Assembly (NCBI GenBank): GCA_013265495.1
Contig: MU060784.1
Span: 3,968,001-4,032,000, forward strand
From: Vicugna vicugna
Lineage: Eukaryota
DNA length: 64,000 nucleotides
Reading direction: 5' to 3'
How positions within the stretch are numbered: the stretch's first letter is position 1; each line of letters starts with the position of its first letter. The notes below the pieces were generated by a model that was given only the letters and a program-made list of their open reading frames with translations, ran no database searches and was not told where the DNA came from. The position numbers and the translations under genes are program-made. Of this stretch, positions 23,610 to 35,768 are shown in pieces.

Positions 23610-24090
23610 GTAGTCAGTAGCAAGCAACCGAAAGCCTAACTCAAACTGCATCAGACAGTAAGAAAAGTTATGATTGCCTTAACTCTCAATCCAGAGGTGT
23701 CCTGGTCTCAGGGTTGTTAATCCAGCAGGTTGGTGAGGACTCAGGTCCTGTTCTCTCTCTTTCTACCCTGTGAGCCAGGGCATCAGCTCAAGCCAAGACT
23801 ACTTTTCCCCTCGTGGTAGTAAGAGCTCAGTTATTAACACCTGGGGCTGCCTGTCTCACTACTCGTGTCTAGCTCAAAAGAAGAAAAATTCTCCTTCCCA
23901 AGTGTGGGAGAGAAGTCCTTCTCTTCTCCTGATTAGTCAAGTTAGGCAATGTGTCCATCCTATGGTGCAGGGGCAGTGGGTGGTGACCCACAGTGACTGG
24001 CTTGGGTTCCCAGGCCAATTACTGGCAAGAAAGGATGGGGTGACTGTGATTGGCACAGACCATAGATTGGAGCTGGACATGGAGTCAGTT
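23610..24090. mobile_element. MaLR LTR (MLT1K/L-like)
   Basis: gcaagcaaccgaaagcctaactcaaactg...gtgggtggtgacccac...tgtgattggcacagac resembles MLT1K. Confidence 0.5.
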
Positions 24091-24446
24091 TCCCCTGGGT
24101 CATGGGGAGGGGCTGGATGAATGAACAAAGTCAGGGCTCTGTTAGGACATAAGCAGAGGGGAATGGGCACTGGCAGCACTCCATAGGGTTTACTGCAAGT
24201 GTTTGTTGCTGAGCTACAAAGGAAAAACCTGAGGGTTACTCACAGTTAAGTGGGTGACGGAACAGACACTTCTAATTATAAATCCATTGTCCACCTTAGC
24301 AGTAGAGCCAACCCAAGATGACACCCAAAGCAGAGTTTGTCTGCAGCACCTCCCTCTCCTCTCCTCCTCCGCTCTCATCCTCTTCCCCTTGCAAGTTATA
24401 AAAAAGTACTCGCTTGCCTTGTTGGGAGATCTCAGCCTACTGACAG

Positions 24447-24465
24447 CGGTGCCCTCTGCTGGGCA
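24447..24465 (-). promoter_or_regulatory. CTCF motif (TGCCCAGCAGAGGGCACCG)
   Basis: Matches the 19-bp core CTCF consensus at all highly constrained positions. Confidence 0.65.
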
Positions 24466-24498
24466 CCTGAGGCACTCGGAAGGCCTCACCACAGTACT

Positions 24499-25034
24499 TG
24501 TTGAGCCCCCTCAGACATCCCCCTAAACTGGACCAGTGCTGTGGTTGGATCAGTCCTTGTAGGTCTTATTGTAAACACAGGACGCCCTTCAGTCAAGCTA
24601 TCACTGAACGAGATTTGTTACTCATGAGTCCTGGAGGGTACACAGCACACCTGAAGTCTGCTCAGCCAAGTGGGAGGTGGGTGGAGAGAGAGAGATAGAG
24701 AGAGCGCGCGTGAGGAGACCTGGGTCTCTGCCTTTGTTAGGGCCCAAGGGTGGGATGTCTAGGGTTTTGTAGGTTCACTGCTGGCTAACTTAAAGCATGA
24801 TGGGGGAGTTAGGGCACAGGAAAGGAGACGGGAAGTCACTCAAGTGGTCGGTTACCGAGGTTACCCAGGGCTTTCTGAAAGAGGAAATTTCGTGGGTGAG
24901 GGCGGCCTAACTCTTTATCTGAGTGTTTTGTTAGTAGCTGTGTCATTCAACTGGTAATGTATTTATTAAAGATGGACGTCTTTGAAATGGATGCCTCAGC
25001 AGTCAAAAGCTCAAAGTCCGGCCCTGACACTACA
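24499..25034. mobile_element. Solo LTR, ERVL class (MER77/MER21-like)
   Basis: TG...CA termini; 5-bp TSD gtact / gtaat; internal text gtctttgaaatggatgcctcagcagtcaaaagc. Confidence 0.75.
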
Positions 25035-26820
25035 GTAATGAAGATCCTTTTTCTGCGCTGCCCTGAACCGTAGAACTTTGGGCTTCGATTTCTTCAAGGA
25101 AGACGTTAGAACTGTTGTGGCATCTTTTGCTAAGAACTCTAATTTTCATGAATTTTACAACTCTTTTCTCCCTCTTCCCCTAATTTCCCTGGGGCCTGTG
25201 CTTATTAGTGGTTTCAAACTTTTTTTTTGGTTAAATACCCATGGTAAGATGTGTATTTTATCTAACGACCTAGTGCACACACACACAGACACAGGCACAC
25301 ACACCCTGAATTAAAAGTTTCATTGAACAATATTTATCCTTAGTATAAAATGTGAGGCACACTTCTAGTATAGTCTACTGTAGTCTGTCTTATTTCAACC
25401 TACCCTTTTTATTTTTTTTAATTATGGAGAAATAGGACTACATTGATTTCATGACCCTTCCATGGATCTCAACCCTTAGTAAAGCTGTCAGGGTTAGCCT
25501 CCAGCGGACTCGTTGGGCCTTAGCTTGGCAAGTCTTCATTCTCCCAATCTCCCCATCCATTACCTGACTCCCAGTAAAATTTCTCAGTCTTAACATCTCA
25601 TCTCCCTGGGATCCTGGCTCCTGCTTTCCCCTGTGACGGTTCAGCAGTTAGATACTCTGACACTGTATCTCAGCCATGTGCTAACAGTCTTTATTCTGCC
25701 AAACCCTCTCTGGCCCAAGCGATTATGAAATCCACTGGTTGGATCTGGTTGGGTCCTCACGGGGTCTCAAGCCACCGCTGGGCCCCTCTTGACTTCTATG
25801 CCCATAAGTCATAAATGAGACAGTGGTAAGCTATCCTTTTCTAGGACAGAGATAAAGACTAGAGAATTTTAAAAATGAGCCACTTCTTTCCTCTAATTTC
25901 TATACAATCAGAGCCTCTCTTCTCTTTGTACCTCTCCCTCTTCTCTCTCTCCTTCCTTCCCTCCCTTCCTTCCATCTCTTCTTCTCCTCAGAGTGAGGTG
26001 CTCAAGTCTGAGACTTAGTAGTGGTTTGTTCTAGTTAAATGCTAAACCTCATCACCATGAGCGTTTGCCGTTAGCTCTGCCCGTAGAAATGTAAGTCTGC
26101 CCAGAATCCCTGCAGAAATGCTGGACTCGTGCAAGAGTACCAGCAACTTTCACCCCCAGAAATCAAGTCCAGTGTAGCTATTCGTAAGTACATAAATCAT
26201 TTTAGGGGAGGTGAAAGTTCACCTGGCCCAATAGTTCTCCTCTGTTTTTGGTTTATCTTAATCCCGTGTTGCTGTTTTTTCACCACACCCTCAATCTTCT
26301 CTGTCTCCAAAAGAAGCACAGCCGCCCCTCCTCAACTTTTGCAAATTCTGTGAGAGCCGCTTTCTTCGGTAACCTATTCCATATGTTGCATACATGAGCT
26401 CTATCAGGATCCTCCCTCCCCCACCTGCGTCCTCATCTTTGTCTGGTTTCCCTCCCTCAGCGTTTGAATCATTACAAGTAAAAGGAGAAAATACTCTCTG
26501 ATCCACACCAGTGGGACCTTTCTCTTTGGTATGTTCAGTGTGTTGCATCATTTCAAAAGTTTCGTGGGAGTTTAACCCAGGGAGTTAACAGCTGTCTGCC
26601 TTCTCTTCTCCATCCGTCTCCTCCTTCCCTTGGAAGCCCCGTGTGGCTTGGGTGGTGCTGCCCTTCCCTGCTCAGGACACCGTGCTTCCTGGAATAAAGG
26701 TTAAAAAAGGCCTCCATCTTCCTTAGTGGGGACCAGTAATAACTCTGAGTAGACAGGGGATGCCTCTCTGGTTTTTCCCATCAATTCCTTGTAAACGTAC
26801 TCTTGGATTTCAGCTGTTTT

Positions 26821-26965
26821 TTTGTTTTGTTTTGTTTTAGGGGAGGTAATTAGATTTACTTATTATTACCTTTTTTTTTGTAAATTAACAAAGGTACTGG
26901 GGATCAAACCCATTAACTCATGCATGCTAAACATGCACTCTCCCACTGAGCTGACCCTCCTCGCC
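26821..26965 (-). mobile_element. Camelid-type SINE (Vic-1-like)
   Basis: Same family as 4881-5030. TSD tggatttcagctgtttt / tggattttagctgtttt (16/17). Confidence 0.85.
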
Positions 26966-27184
26966 TGGATTTTAGCTGTTTTTAACTGCAGCTGGGCATC
27001 AGGCTGATTATTTTTAAATATGATTTTTTCCCCCTTTTTCTAAATAACCCACTTATCTCCATTCTGGTTCTTTTTCTGATCTGTGCCCAGATTTGACTGT
27101 TCTGTGAGAGACATACTTTGTTGTCGATTCTTTGCTCCCAGACTAATTATTTCACGTTTCACTAATAAGAATTACTTTTATCTT

Positions 27185-27600
27185 TGTTGACCTGACCAGT
27201 TATTTCGTAGACTGCCAGACATTTCTTCAGCAAAAATGGGTTTATTATGGATCAGCGGAGAATTACAATTCAGGGTCTACAACGATGGCCAGCCACATGA
27301 CGGTCTGCGCATAGAGAGAGAAGCAGACCGCTTTTATAGAGGGGAAATGGAGGTTGGGCGGGCTGGAGTAAGCAGAGTCCCTGGCTTTTCATTGGCTGTG
27401 TCCTTATCAGGAGAGGAGAGGAATCCTCTTCCTGTTGGGCTTGACTATTGTTACAGGGTATGGGAGCGCCCCCTTCTGGTCTTGAGGTTTCTGTTCCTCA
27501 ATATGTTTACACCTTTCGGGTGGATATAGCTTTACTTTGTGATGAGATCTTTTCTTTTCTGTACACCAACAGGCTTTTACACCTTTTATTTTTCCCCACA
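27185..27600 (-). mobile_element. Solo LTR related to the ERV 5' LTR
   Basis: TG...CA termini; 4-bp TSD tctt / tctc; 34/42 identity between 27215-27256 and 20623-20664. Confidence 0.85.
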
Positions 27601-29589
27601 TCTCTCAGAAACAGGAGAGGGGGCCTTGCCTGCCTTGTTCTGGGGTCAGGGTCCTCCAGGTGCGAGGACCTGCAAACGGTTCACAGAGCTGGCAGGGCCG
27701 TGGGTGGGGAGTTGCACTTCATTATTGTTGATTTGTAAGTCTTTCTTGCAAAGGGAAGCTGCCAGGAAGCTGCTTTAGAGTGTCTGCTGTGCCTTGCAGG
27801 CATGGAACCCTGAGGATTTGGTCAGCCTGCAGAGGCTGTACCAAGGTTCACGAAAGGGAGAGTGATGCATAGTAATTTTTCACAGTACCAACTTCTCCCC
27901 CACCTCTTTTTCCAGTCTTTTAAAGATGTCATTGGGTTTGCTCAACAGGTCCAAATGACCACCTCTTTGCAAACACTGGCCTTATGTGTGCTGACACGCA
28001 CTGCTGGAGGCACTTCTAAGCCAAAGGGGACTTGATAGATTTCTTGGTCTCTCATTTGACTGCGTAGTGCATTATTTAAGGGTTTTTTTTTTTGTTTGGC
28101 CCCATAATATAGTATTCAAGTAAATAAACTCTGATGCCATACTGCCTAGATAAAATATTTCAGCTCTGCTACCTATTCACTGTGGATCTTGGGAAAGTTA
28201 ATCTTTCTGTGCCTCAGTTTCCTCACCTATAAAATGGAGCTGTAACACTACTCCCTTGAAAATAGTTCCTGGCTCATTGTGAATACCCAGAATATATTGG
28301 CTTTTATTATTTGGTACTTCCAAGTTCTGGCTCCATTCTCCAAACCCCCCACTCTAGGAGCACTTCTAGGTATGAACAGTTAGGGAACATCAGTCCTTGG
28401 AACTGTTTGCTTTTTAAAAAATCTCTGATTTTATTTTGCCAATTTCTCAGATCCTAGATCTACACATAGTATGGACATAGGGTTTTGCATTTGGGGCTCC
28501 TCTAATGGACACGGTGACTCACAGCAGGGAAAACAAAAGAGGTTTTCAGCCAGGTCTGTGTCTCTCCAGGGAAACAGCTGTATCACCTCCCCAGCTGCCT
28601 TAAGGGAATCAGTAGGAACCAGCTCTATCCAGTTGTCCCTTCCTGGCTTACCATACTACCTGCTCTGATTCAGCTATTACATTCATATTTATTAATTATG
28701 CTGTGACTGGCCTTTAGGTAAGTCTTTTGTTTACGCTACTTAGTCAGAATCACATTTTGGGGCAACACTAATTATAGTAATACTGTTAGGTGTTCTGCTT
28801 GACTTTCTAAGGTCTTTCCATACCTAATTTTTAGTTTGTGTTGGCAATTTTATGAAATGGGGTAATCACTTTCTAACTCTGGTTGTCTTTCCCTGGGTGA
28901 ACTTCCATTTCATTATTTTGGCAAGTGAGCTACAGATAAAGGCTGTGATTATGGCAAAGTGTGTTTAAACATTTTGACTGAATTGAACACAAAGTTAGCT
29001 GAATCTTTTACTAAATTGGCAAGTTAATTGAATGACTGATTACTTGATTAGTTCCTTCAGTCAACTTTCTTGAAGAGTTGGTCTGTTATGATATAGATAG
29101 AGCCTGAAACAGTTTCACTCCCTCTAACCCTATGCAAACACAGGTGTTAATCTTATGTAGTTCTTTGTCAGTCAGAACTTGTTCTTAAATCCCTGCTACT
29201 GGAGATATTTTTCAGGTACCATTACACGGAGTGTCTTTGTAACTCTTCGTATTCCATACGTGAATCAGCTTAGCAGAATAACAGTTTTGTATGAACTACT
29301 GGAGTGTTTCTCTGAATCACTTGCCAAGTGGTTTTGACCTTAAAGGGCAAAACTTAGTATTGGTTTGTGTCCCTTCTTTATCACCAGCCAGTCCAACTAC
29401 CAATTCTATAGGGCCTGGGGGTGGGGCAAGAAGAGACTCAGAGGCTGGTTTATTTCTCAGCTTGGGTCTTCTCAAGTGGCAGTACTTGGGGGTAACTCAT
29501 TTCTTACAGTTACACGATCTGCCTCCTAGATTTATAGACCTCAACATTTATTTTATTAATTTCCAAGCAGTCATAATAACTACTCTGTA

Positions 29590-29830
29590 ACTCTCACTGG
29601 TTCAGGCACAACTCTAAGTTAGATATATTACTCCATTTGATACTTTCAACAGCCCTAAGAGGTTAGTTCTGTTATTATACCCACTTTACAGATGAGAAAA
29701 CAAAAAGCGCTTTAGAGAGATGAGCTTCTTGCCTGAGGCTCTATAGCAAGTGAATGGTAATATCCAAGATTGCAGAGCTGGCGAGGACTTAAACTCAAGC
29801 AGCCTGGCTCTGAAGTCATGATTATTGTAC
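29590..29830 (-). mobile_element. MIR
   Basis: caacagccctaagaggttagttctgttattatacccactttacagatgagaaaac. Confidence 0.75.
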
Positions 29831-30568
29831 TCTGTTGAGGGACTGACTTAACTGCTGCTGAAACCAGGATGGAAATTGATTTATTTACAACAAGAGATAC
29901 AATAACTGTCATAATAAACATTGATTATTTTCTCTGGTCACTCCTTCCCAGCGAACAAGTTCACTTGACAGTCGAAATCATGACCAACTGGTGCTAGATG
30001 AGCATAAAAACCAGAACAAAGAAATTAAAAAATTTTTTATCAGATTGCATGCGTAGGGGGCCAGGGAGCATTGTTGGTCCCCCTTGTCTCCAGGCCACAT
30101 GACAGGAGACATATCAGTGTTTGGAGCCTAGAGGTGATGCCCAAATCTTGCTCCATGAAGTGTTAGATCAGTGTCAGAGTCTAGGGCATGGCTACTAGTT
30201 CCCCCCTGGGAAACAAGCAGGGAAGGAGCCAAGGTGAGAAGCCAAGAGAACCGAGAACCATGTGTGATGTGTGAGAAGGCTCCAAGCGGGTTATGGGGAG
30301 GTTTTCTGGAAGAATTTTCTGAGCCGGAGTCCAGTGTTTGCTATGGCTTTTTATGTGTGCCTCCAGTGTGGGCATCCTGGGAAGAATGAAAAGAGCTGCC
30401 AAAGAGGAGACTCGATTTCTAGGACTCAAAGGAAGCTGCATGGATCACCTTTCCTCCTTCTAGGAATGTGCTTAGAACTCTGACCGTAGTCCTAGAATCA
30501 GACTGCCTTCTGTCTTGGGTGGATGAATCACAATAACATTCTTTACTCTCAAATTACTTTTTAAAAAA

Positions 30569-30728
30569 ATATTTAATAATTTATTTATTATTGTATTACT
30601 TATTTTATTTTGGCAGGGTGGTGGAAGTAATTAGGTTTGCTTATTTTTAGAGGAGGTACTGGGGATTGAACCCAGGACCTCATGCATGCTAAGCATGCAT
30701 TCTACCACTTGAGCTATACCCTCCCCCA
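30569..30728 (-). mobile_element. Camelid-type SINE (Vic-1-like), young
   Basis: Perfect 20-bp TSD tcaaattactttttaaaaaa (30549-30568 / 30729-30748). Confidence 0.9.
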
Positions 30729-30769
30729 TCAAATTACTTTTTAAAAAACTTTTTTAAAAACTTTTTATT

Positions 30770-31040
30770 TTGAAGTACAAATTCAGAGGAAATTGTAGAA
30801 ATAGTGCAGAGAGGTCCTTTACCCAGTTTCCCCCGTGGTACTTTTACCTACTAGAGTAGAGTATCAAACCAGGAAATTGACATTGGTACCATCTGTTAGA
30901 ACTCCTTCAGATTTCACCAGGTTTACATGTACTTATTTGCATGTATATGTGAATAGTTCTATGCGGTTTTATCACACGTGTAGATATGTGTAAACACCTC
31001 CATAATCAAGATACAGAACTCTCCCATCACCACAAAGATC
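30770..31040 (-). mobile_element. Old L1 (L1MB/MC-like) 3' fragment
   Basis: cccagtttcccc...caaaccaggaaattgacattggtac...cagatttcaccag...caagatacagaac. Confidence 0.6.
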
Positions 31041-32510
31041 TTTGAATTCCTTTTAAAGAGGAAAAATCCACTCCCCAAAGCACTGTTAGCTCATGTGGCT
31101 ACAATACAATTGATCAGGTTAGAGTTTCCTTTATATCCTTTACATTTCATTAATGTTTTTGTGTGAATACATCCTATACACCTCTAAGGACTAATGACAC
31201 TTGGATCTTTTGGACTGGGTTGGGAAGTTAAGTTGCTCCTATTTTCAGCATATCCTTGGGTGAGCCCCCTAAGGAGGTGGGAGATTGGTCTGTCTTGCTT
31301 ACCGCAGTCTACTCAGCACGTAGAACAGGGCCTAGCACACAGAAGACAGCCAGTAAACATTTCTGAAAAGAATGAACTCATTCTATCTTGATTCTTAATA
31401 CTAATGCTGTCAGTGAGGGAGCCTCCCCCAACCCCATGCAGTTCTGATTGACCTTAATTTGGGGTCTGATTCACTCCTAGAACATTGCCATTTTAATGGA
31501 TTATTGTCATTAATGGTCTACCATGCACATTTAACAAAATTAAAAAAATTAAAACAACTCTTTAACCAAAGGGCAGTTATAAGTAAATTACTTATAACAG
31601 ATACTCACCAGTACTCCTCATGCCCGCCCCTCCCCCCATCTGCCTGCTAGCCTGTTTCTTCCTACAGCTCTTCATTTCATTGGGCAAATACATTTACCAA
31701 TTGAATGACATCACAAACACCCCACCCCAGCATATCAGTTCTCAGGAACATCTCATTGGCAGACAGGTGGAGAAAGTTACATTTTTTTGAGTCCCGACTG
31801 AGTTTCATGATACCTGCAGCGTGGCCCTTGTTAAGATGCTGCACGTCCCGTCACTGGCCGCGTGGATCAGAGCTTGTTTTCATGACTGGACTGGGTTATT
31901 TCATAGTTTTGAGTGTCCCAGCGAGAGTGATTGCTAGTTGCAAAGGGAAACCTGCAAGTGAAAAGGTGGTAGGGGTGATAAGGCCAGGATGGAAAATCAC
32001 TAAGAAAATCACTACAAGGTTTTCTTTGACTACTGAGAGAGATACCTGACTCACTGATACTGAAAATCCAGGCAATTTGTCCCTGTGCCAATGAAGTGCA
32101 GGCTTCAGATGGACACTGATTAAACTGCCACTCAAGCTTGCTTTTCTTTCCAATATTCTCAGTTGGGCAGAGGCATAACCTTTTCCTGTTTTGATGTTTG
32201 ATACCTGGCTGAAATTCTCTATGTTTAGTATAATTCCCATTGGTTCTTCCTCTGACACAGCCTTCATCTAATGTCTGGATTCTTCAAACTAAATGTCGAA
32301 ATGGTATCCTGACTTCAGAAACCACCCCTCCCTGCTTACACCCCTGTCCATACTGCCCATTATTTCCAGATGAACCTTTAAGAAGGCCTGCTTTAAGCAA
32401 GAGCCCACAGCTACGCATTGGATCAAGTCAAGTTAAAACTCCTATCATTCAGAGCTCTCCTCTTTAACCTCACTCCCCAGCCTGTGTCCTTCGAGTCTGT
32501 ATGGTCCTTT

Positions 32511-33895
32511 TTTTTTTTTTTTCTGTCACTCAACTTGGTCTGTTTACATAGTATTCCATGGTCACCTTTCCTTTTCTTTCTTTTCTTAACTTTTTTTGTT
32601 GAGTTATAGTCATTTTACAATGTTGTGTCAAATTCCAGTGTAGAGCACAATTTTTCAGTTATACTTGAACATATATATATATATNNNNNNNNNNNNNNNN
32701 NNNNNNNNNNNNNNNNNNNNNNNNNNNNNNNNNNNNNNNNNNNNNNNNNNNNNNNNNNNNNNNNNNNNNNNNNNNNNNNNNNNNNNNNNNNNNNNNNNNN
32801 NNNNNNNNNNNNNNNNNNNNNNNNNNNNNNNNNNNNNNNNNNNNNNNNNNNNNNNNNNNNNNNNNNNNNNNNNNNNNNNNNNNNNNNNNNNNNNNNNNNN
32901 NNNNNNNNNNNNNNNNNNNNNNNNNNNNNNNNNNNNNNNNNNNNNNNNNNNNNNNNNNNNNNNNNNNNNNNNNNNNNAGCATCCATGGCAAATGGCNNNN
33001 NNNNNNNNNNNNNNNNNNNNNNNNNNNNNNNNNNNNNNNNNNNNNNNNNNNNNNNNNNNNNNNNNNNNNNNNNNNNNNNNNNNNNNNNNNNNNNNNNNNN
33101 NNNNNNNNNNNNNNNNNNNNNNNNNNNNNNNNNNNGGGTACAGGTGTCATTTTGAAGTAGGGCTCCTTCTGGGTATATGCCCAGGAGCGGGATTCCTGGT
33201 TCATATGGTAAGTCTATTCCTAGTCTTTTGAGGAATCTCCATACTTTTTTCCACAGNNNNNNNNNNNNNNNNNNNNNNNNNNNNNNNNNNNNNNNNNNNN
33301 NNNNNNNNNNNNNNNNNNNNNNNNNNNNNNNNNNNNNNNNNNNNNNNNNNNNNNNNNNNNNNNNNNNNNNNNNNNNNNNNNNNNNNNNNNNNNNNNNNNN
33401 NNNNNNNNNNNNNNNNNNNNNNNNNNNNNNNNNNNNNNNNNNNNNNNNNNNNNNNNNNNNNNNTTCCTTGGAGAATTGCTTGTTTAGGTCTTTTGCCCAT
33501 TTTTGGATTGGATTGTTTGTTTTTTCCTTATTAAGTCGTATGAGCTGTTTGTATATTCTGGAGATCAAGCCTTTGTCGGTTTCACTTGCGAAAATTTTCT
33601 CCCATTCCATAGGTTGTCTTTTTGTTTTATTCGTGGTTTCCTTTGCTGTGCTGAAGCTTGTAAGTTTCATTAGGTCCCATTTGTTTATTCTTGCTTTTAT
33701 TTGTATTGCTTGGGTAGACTGTCCTAGGAGAACATTTTTGAGATGTATGTCAGATAATGTTTTGCCTATATTTTCTTCTAGGAAGTTTATTCTATCTTGT
33801 CTTATGTTTAAGTCTTTGATCCATGTTGAGTTGATTTTTGTGTATTGTGTAAGGGAATGTTCTAGCTTCATTGATTTACATGCTGCTGTCCAGTT
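32511..33895 (-). mobile_element. Young 5'-truncated L1 (ORF2 C-terminus plus 3'UTR), partly N-masked
   Basis: Stop-free ORF2 translation in the visible part (KLEHSLTQYTKINSTWIKDLNIR...WEKIFA...NNPIQKWAKDLN). Poly-T at 32508-32522; exact 13-bp TSD tgtatggtccttt (32498-32510 / 33896-33908). Confidence 0.92.
32685..33463. other. N-masked blocks (32685-32977, 32997-33136, 33257-33463; also 764-894 and 54057-54228)
   Basis: Direct reading; every N run lies inside an L1 copy. Confidence 0.95.
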
Positions 33896-34004
33896 TGTAT
33901 GGTCCTTTGATGGTCTCCTTCATGCAGCATCTAACTCTTATTAATACGTACAACAAGGGGGTGCACAACAGGTAGTGGTTAAACGTATACTATTAATTTC
34001 TTTT

Positions 34005-34180
34005 TAATTTCACAGTCTTAATTTCTTGGCCTCTTAAACAGTAGAAATTTATTCTCTCACAGTTCTGGAGGCCAGATGTCTGAAATCAAGGTGTCCACAG
34101 GATTGAGCTCCCTCCAAAGGTTTTAGGGGAGAATCCTTCCTCACCTCTTTCAGCTGTTGGTGGCTCCATGCATTCCTTCT
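34005..34180. mobile_element. MaLR LTR fragment (MLT1C-like)
   Basis: agaaatttattctctcacagttctggaggccagatgtctgaaatcaaggtgtc. Confidence 0.75.
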
Positions 34181-35172
34181 GGAGGAGGTGGAAGACCGGG
34201 TAAGAGTGAATCCTGCCTCTCCACGCTGCCCTCCCCCCACATCTGGCATTTTAAAAGTTCCAGATATATTTCTAGGCTCCCCATCTTGGGCCAAAAATGT
34301 TCCTCAATTGTAAGCACATCCTGTGTCTTTAGTTCTCTGCTGAGAACTGGAGGTTTGTGTAACTAAGACAGAAATAGCTGTGTCCGAAGTGGTTGCCAGG
34401 ATATGGGAATAGATGGGAGTAAAGGCTCTTGCCATGAGGCAAGGGGCTGCCAGGAAGTAGAGACTGGTCTCTTTTGGAGGGTATGAGGTGCAAGGAGAAA
34501 AGCTTCTATTCTAGCCTTGGGAGCTTGGTACCCCAGGAGAAAGGATGAGAGTTAAACCTTCTTCCTGCCTTCTAACCTTTGTTATTTTTCTACATTACTG
34601 CTTTGGACTGTTCCCACTTTCCTTCCTCCTTGTCCTTTCCTTTCTCCCCTTCCAGCCTTTCTTCCTTTTGATGAAAGAGAAGGGGGATCTGGCCAATAAT
34701 CTGATTTAATGAAATCTGCCATGCTGTTTGAGAAAATGTGACCAAAGTAATTAAAAATCATATATCAAAATGTTAAATGAGTAAAGTGGACTTGTTCTGG
34801 AAACATGTGCTGGGGTTTGTTAACGTGGACAAACGCTATTTCAGCTTTGAGGAAGAACCACAGCCTGCATATGGGACCTCGTGTATGCTCATGTGATGAA
34901 ATGATCCAGGGACTGATAAGCAGGCTCTCAGAAAAGATGAAATGAATTAGAAGTCCAGAGCTTGGCAAGGTAAAGGGGACCTTCTAATTGTCTTCAGGTA
35001 GTTGAAGAGGATCAAGTCTCAAGAAGAGCATTTTAGGGAATTTAAGAAGGCACAGGAAAACCAGTATTTTTAGGGGAGTCTTAAAGGGGCATATCTTGGC
35101 TGGTAGGTTTACCTAGTAGATTACATTTATGGATTAATAGCAGAAATAAAGTTTCAAATTCTTTATATCCAT

Positions 35173-35201
35173 TTCCCAAAATTTCCGGAATTTTCCCGGA
35201 A
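35173..35201. promoter_or_regulatory. Tandem STAT/GAS-like motifs
   Basis: TTCCCAAAA (35173), TTCCGGAA (35183) and TTCCCGGAA (35193), at exact 10-bp steps. Confidence 0.35.
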
Positions 35202-35234
35202 AAGTTAGAAGCTGAGTTCTACGAGTGGTACCCT

Positions 35235-35420
35235 GAGCCAGTACCCTGGAGTCAGATAGGCTAGGTTCAAATTCACTTACTGGAGTGCGTGATCCCAGGG
35301 TATGTTATTTCTCTGAACTTCAGTTTTCTCATCTTTGAAATGGGGATGATAATGGGAATTAAATGAGGTCATAATGGATATGAATGTGGTTTGTAAAGTG
35401 CTGTTCAGATACTAGTTGTT
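35235..35420 (+). mobile_element. MIR
   Basis: ctggagtcagataggctaggttcaaat...ctcagttttctcatctttgaaatggggatgataa. Confidence 0.75.
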
Positions 35421-35768
35421 GTTCTTCCCAAGTCATGTTTCCTAGAAGAGAAGATTGAGTGAAGCACCTGCAGGGTCTCAGGTGTTTGTCTTTACCTGCA
35501 CTCGAGGCTCAGCCAGGATGTGTTTCGGTGTCCTCACCCAACTGCCACGGGACTTGTGGGACCTGAGTCTGTGTTTCTCTTCTGTCTCTGTTAATGACAA
35601 TGATACCAACCATCCTAATTGTTGCAGAATCTCATTAAAGCCAAGCTTTTTCTTCCCCATGCCTCGCGCTCTTTGGGCTGGGTACTCGGGGAGAGTGGGA
35701 GGGCTCGGCTGGCTCCTCCGGTTCCCAGTCTTTTTCTCTTATGTCCACACCACTCCCTCTGCTGACCT

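Noticed and set aside
26542-26550. C/EBP-ATF response element GTTGCATCA
   Set aside because: About two such degenerate 9-mers are expected by chance in this window, and it is isolated.
32625-33944. Long ORFs of 176-418 aa across 32.6-33.9 kb, and at 53.9-54.4 kb, as genes
   Set aside because: Their length comes from N runs translated as X. The only real coding signal is the L1 ORF2 C-terminus on the minus strand.
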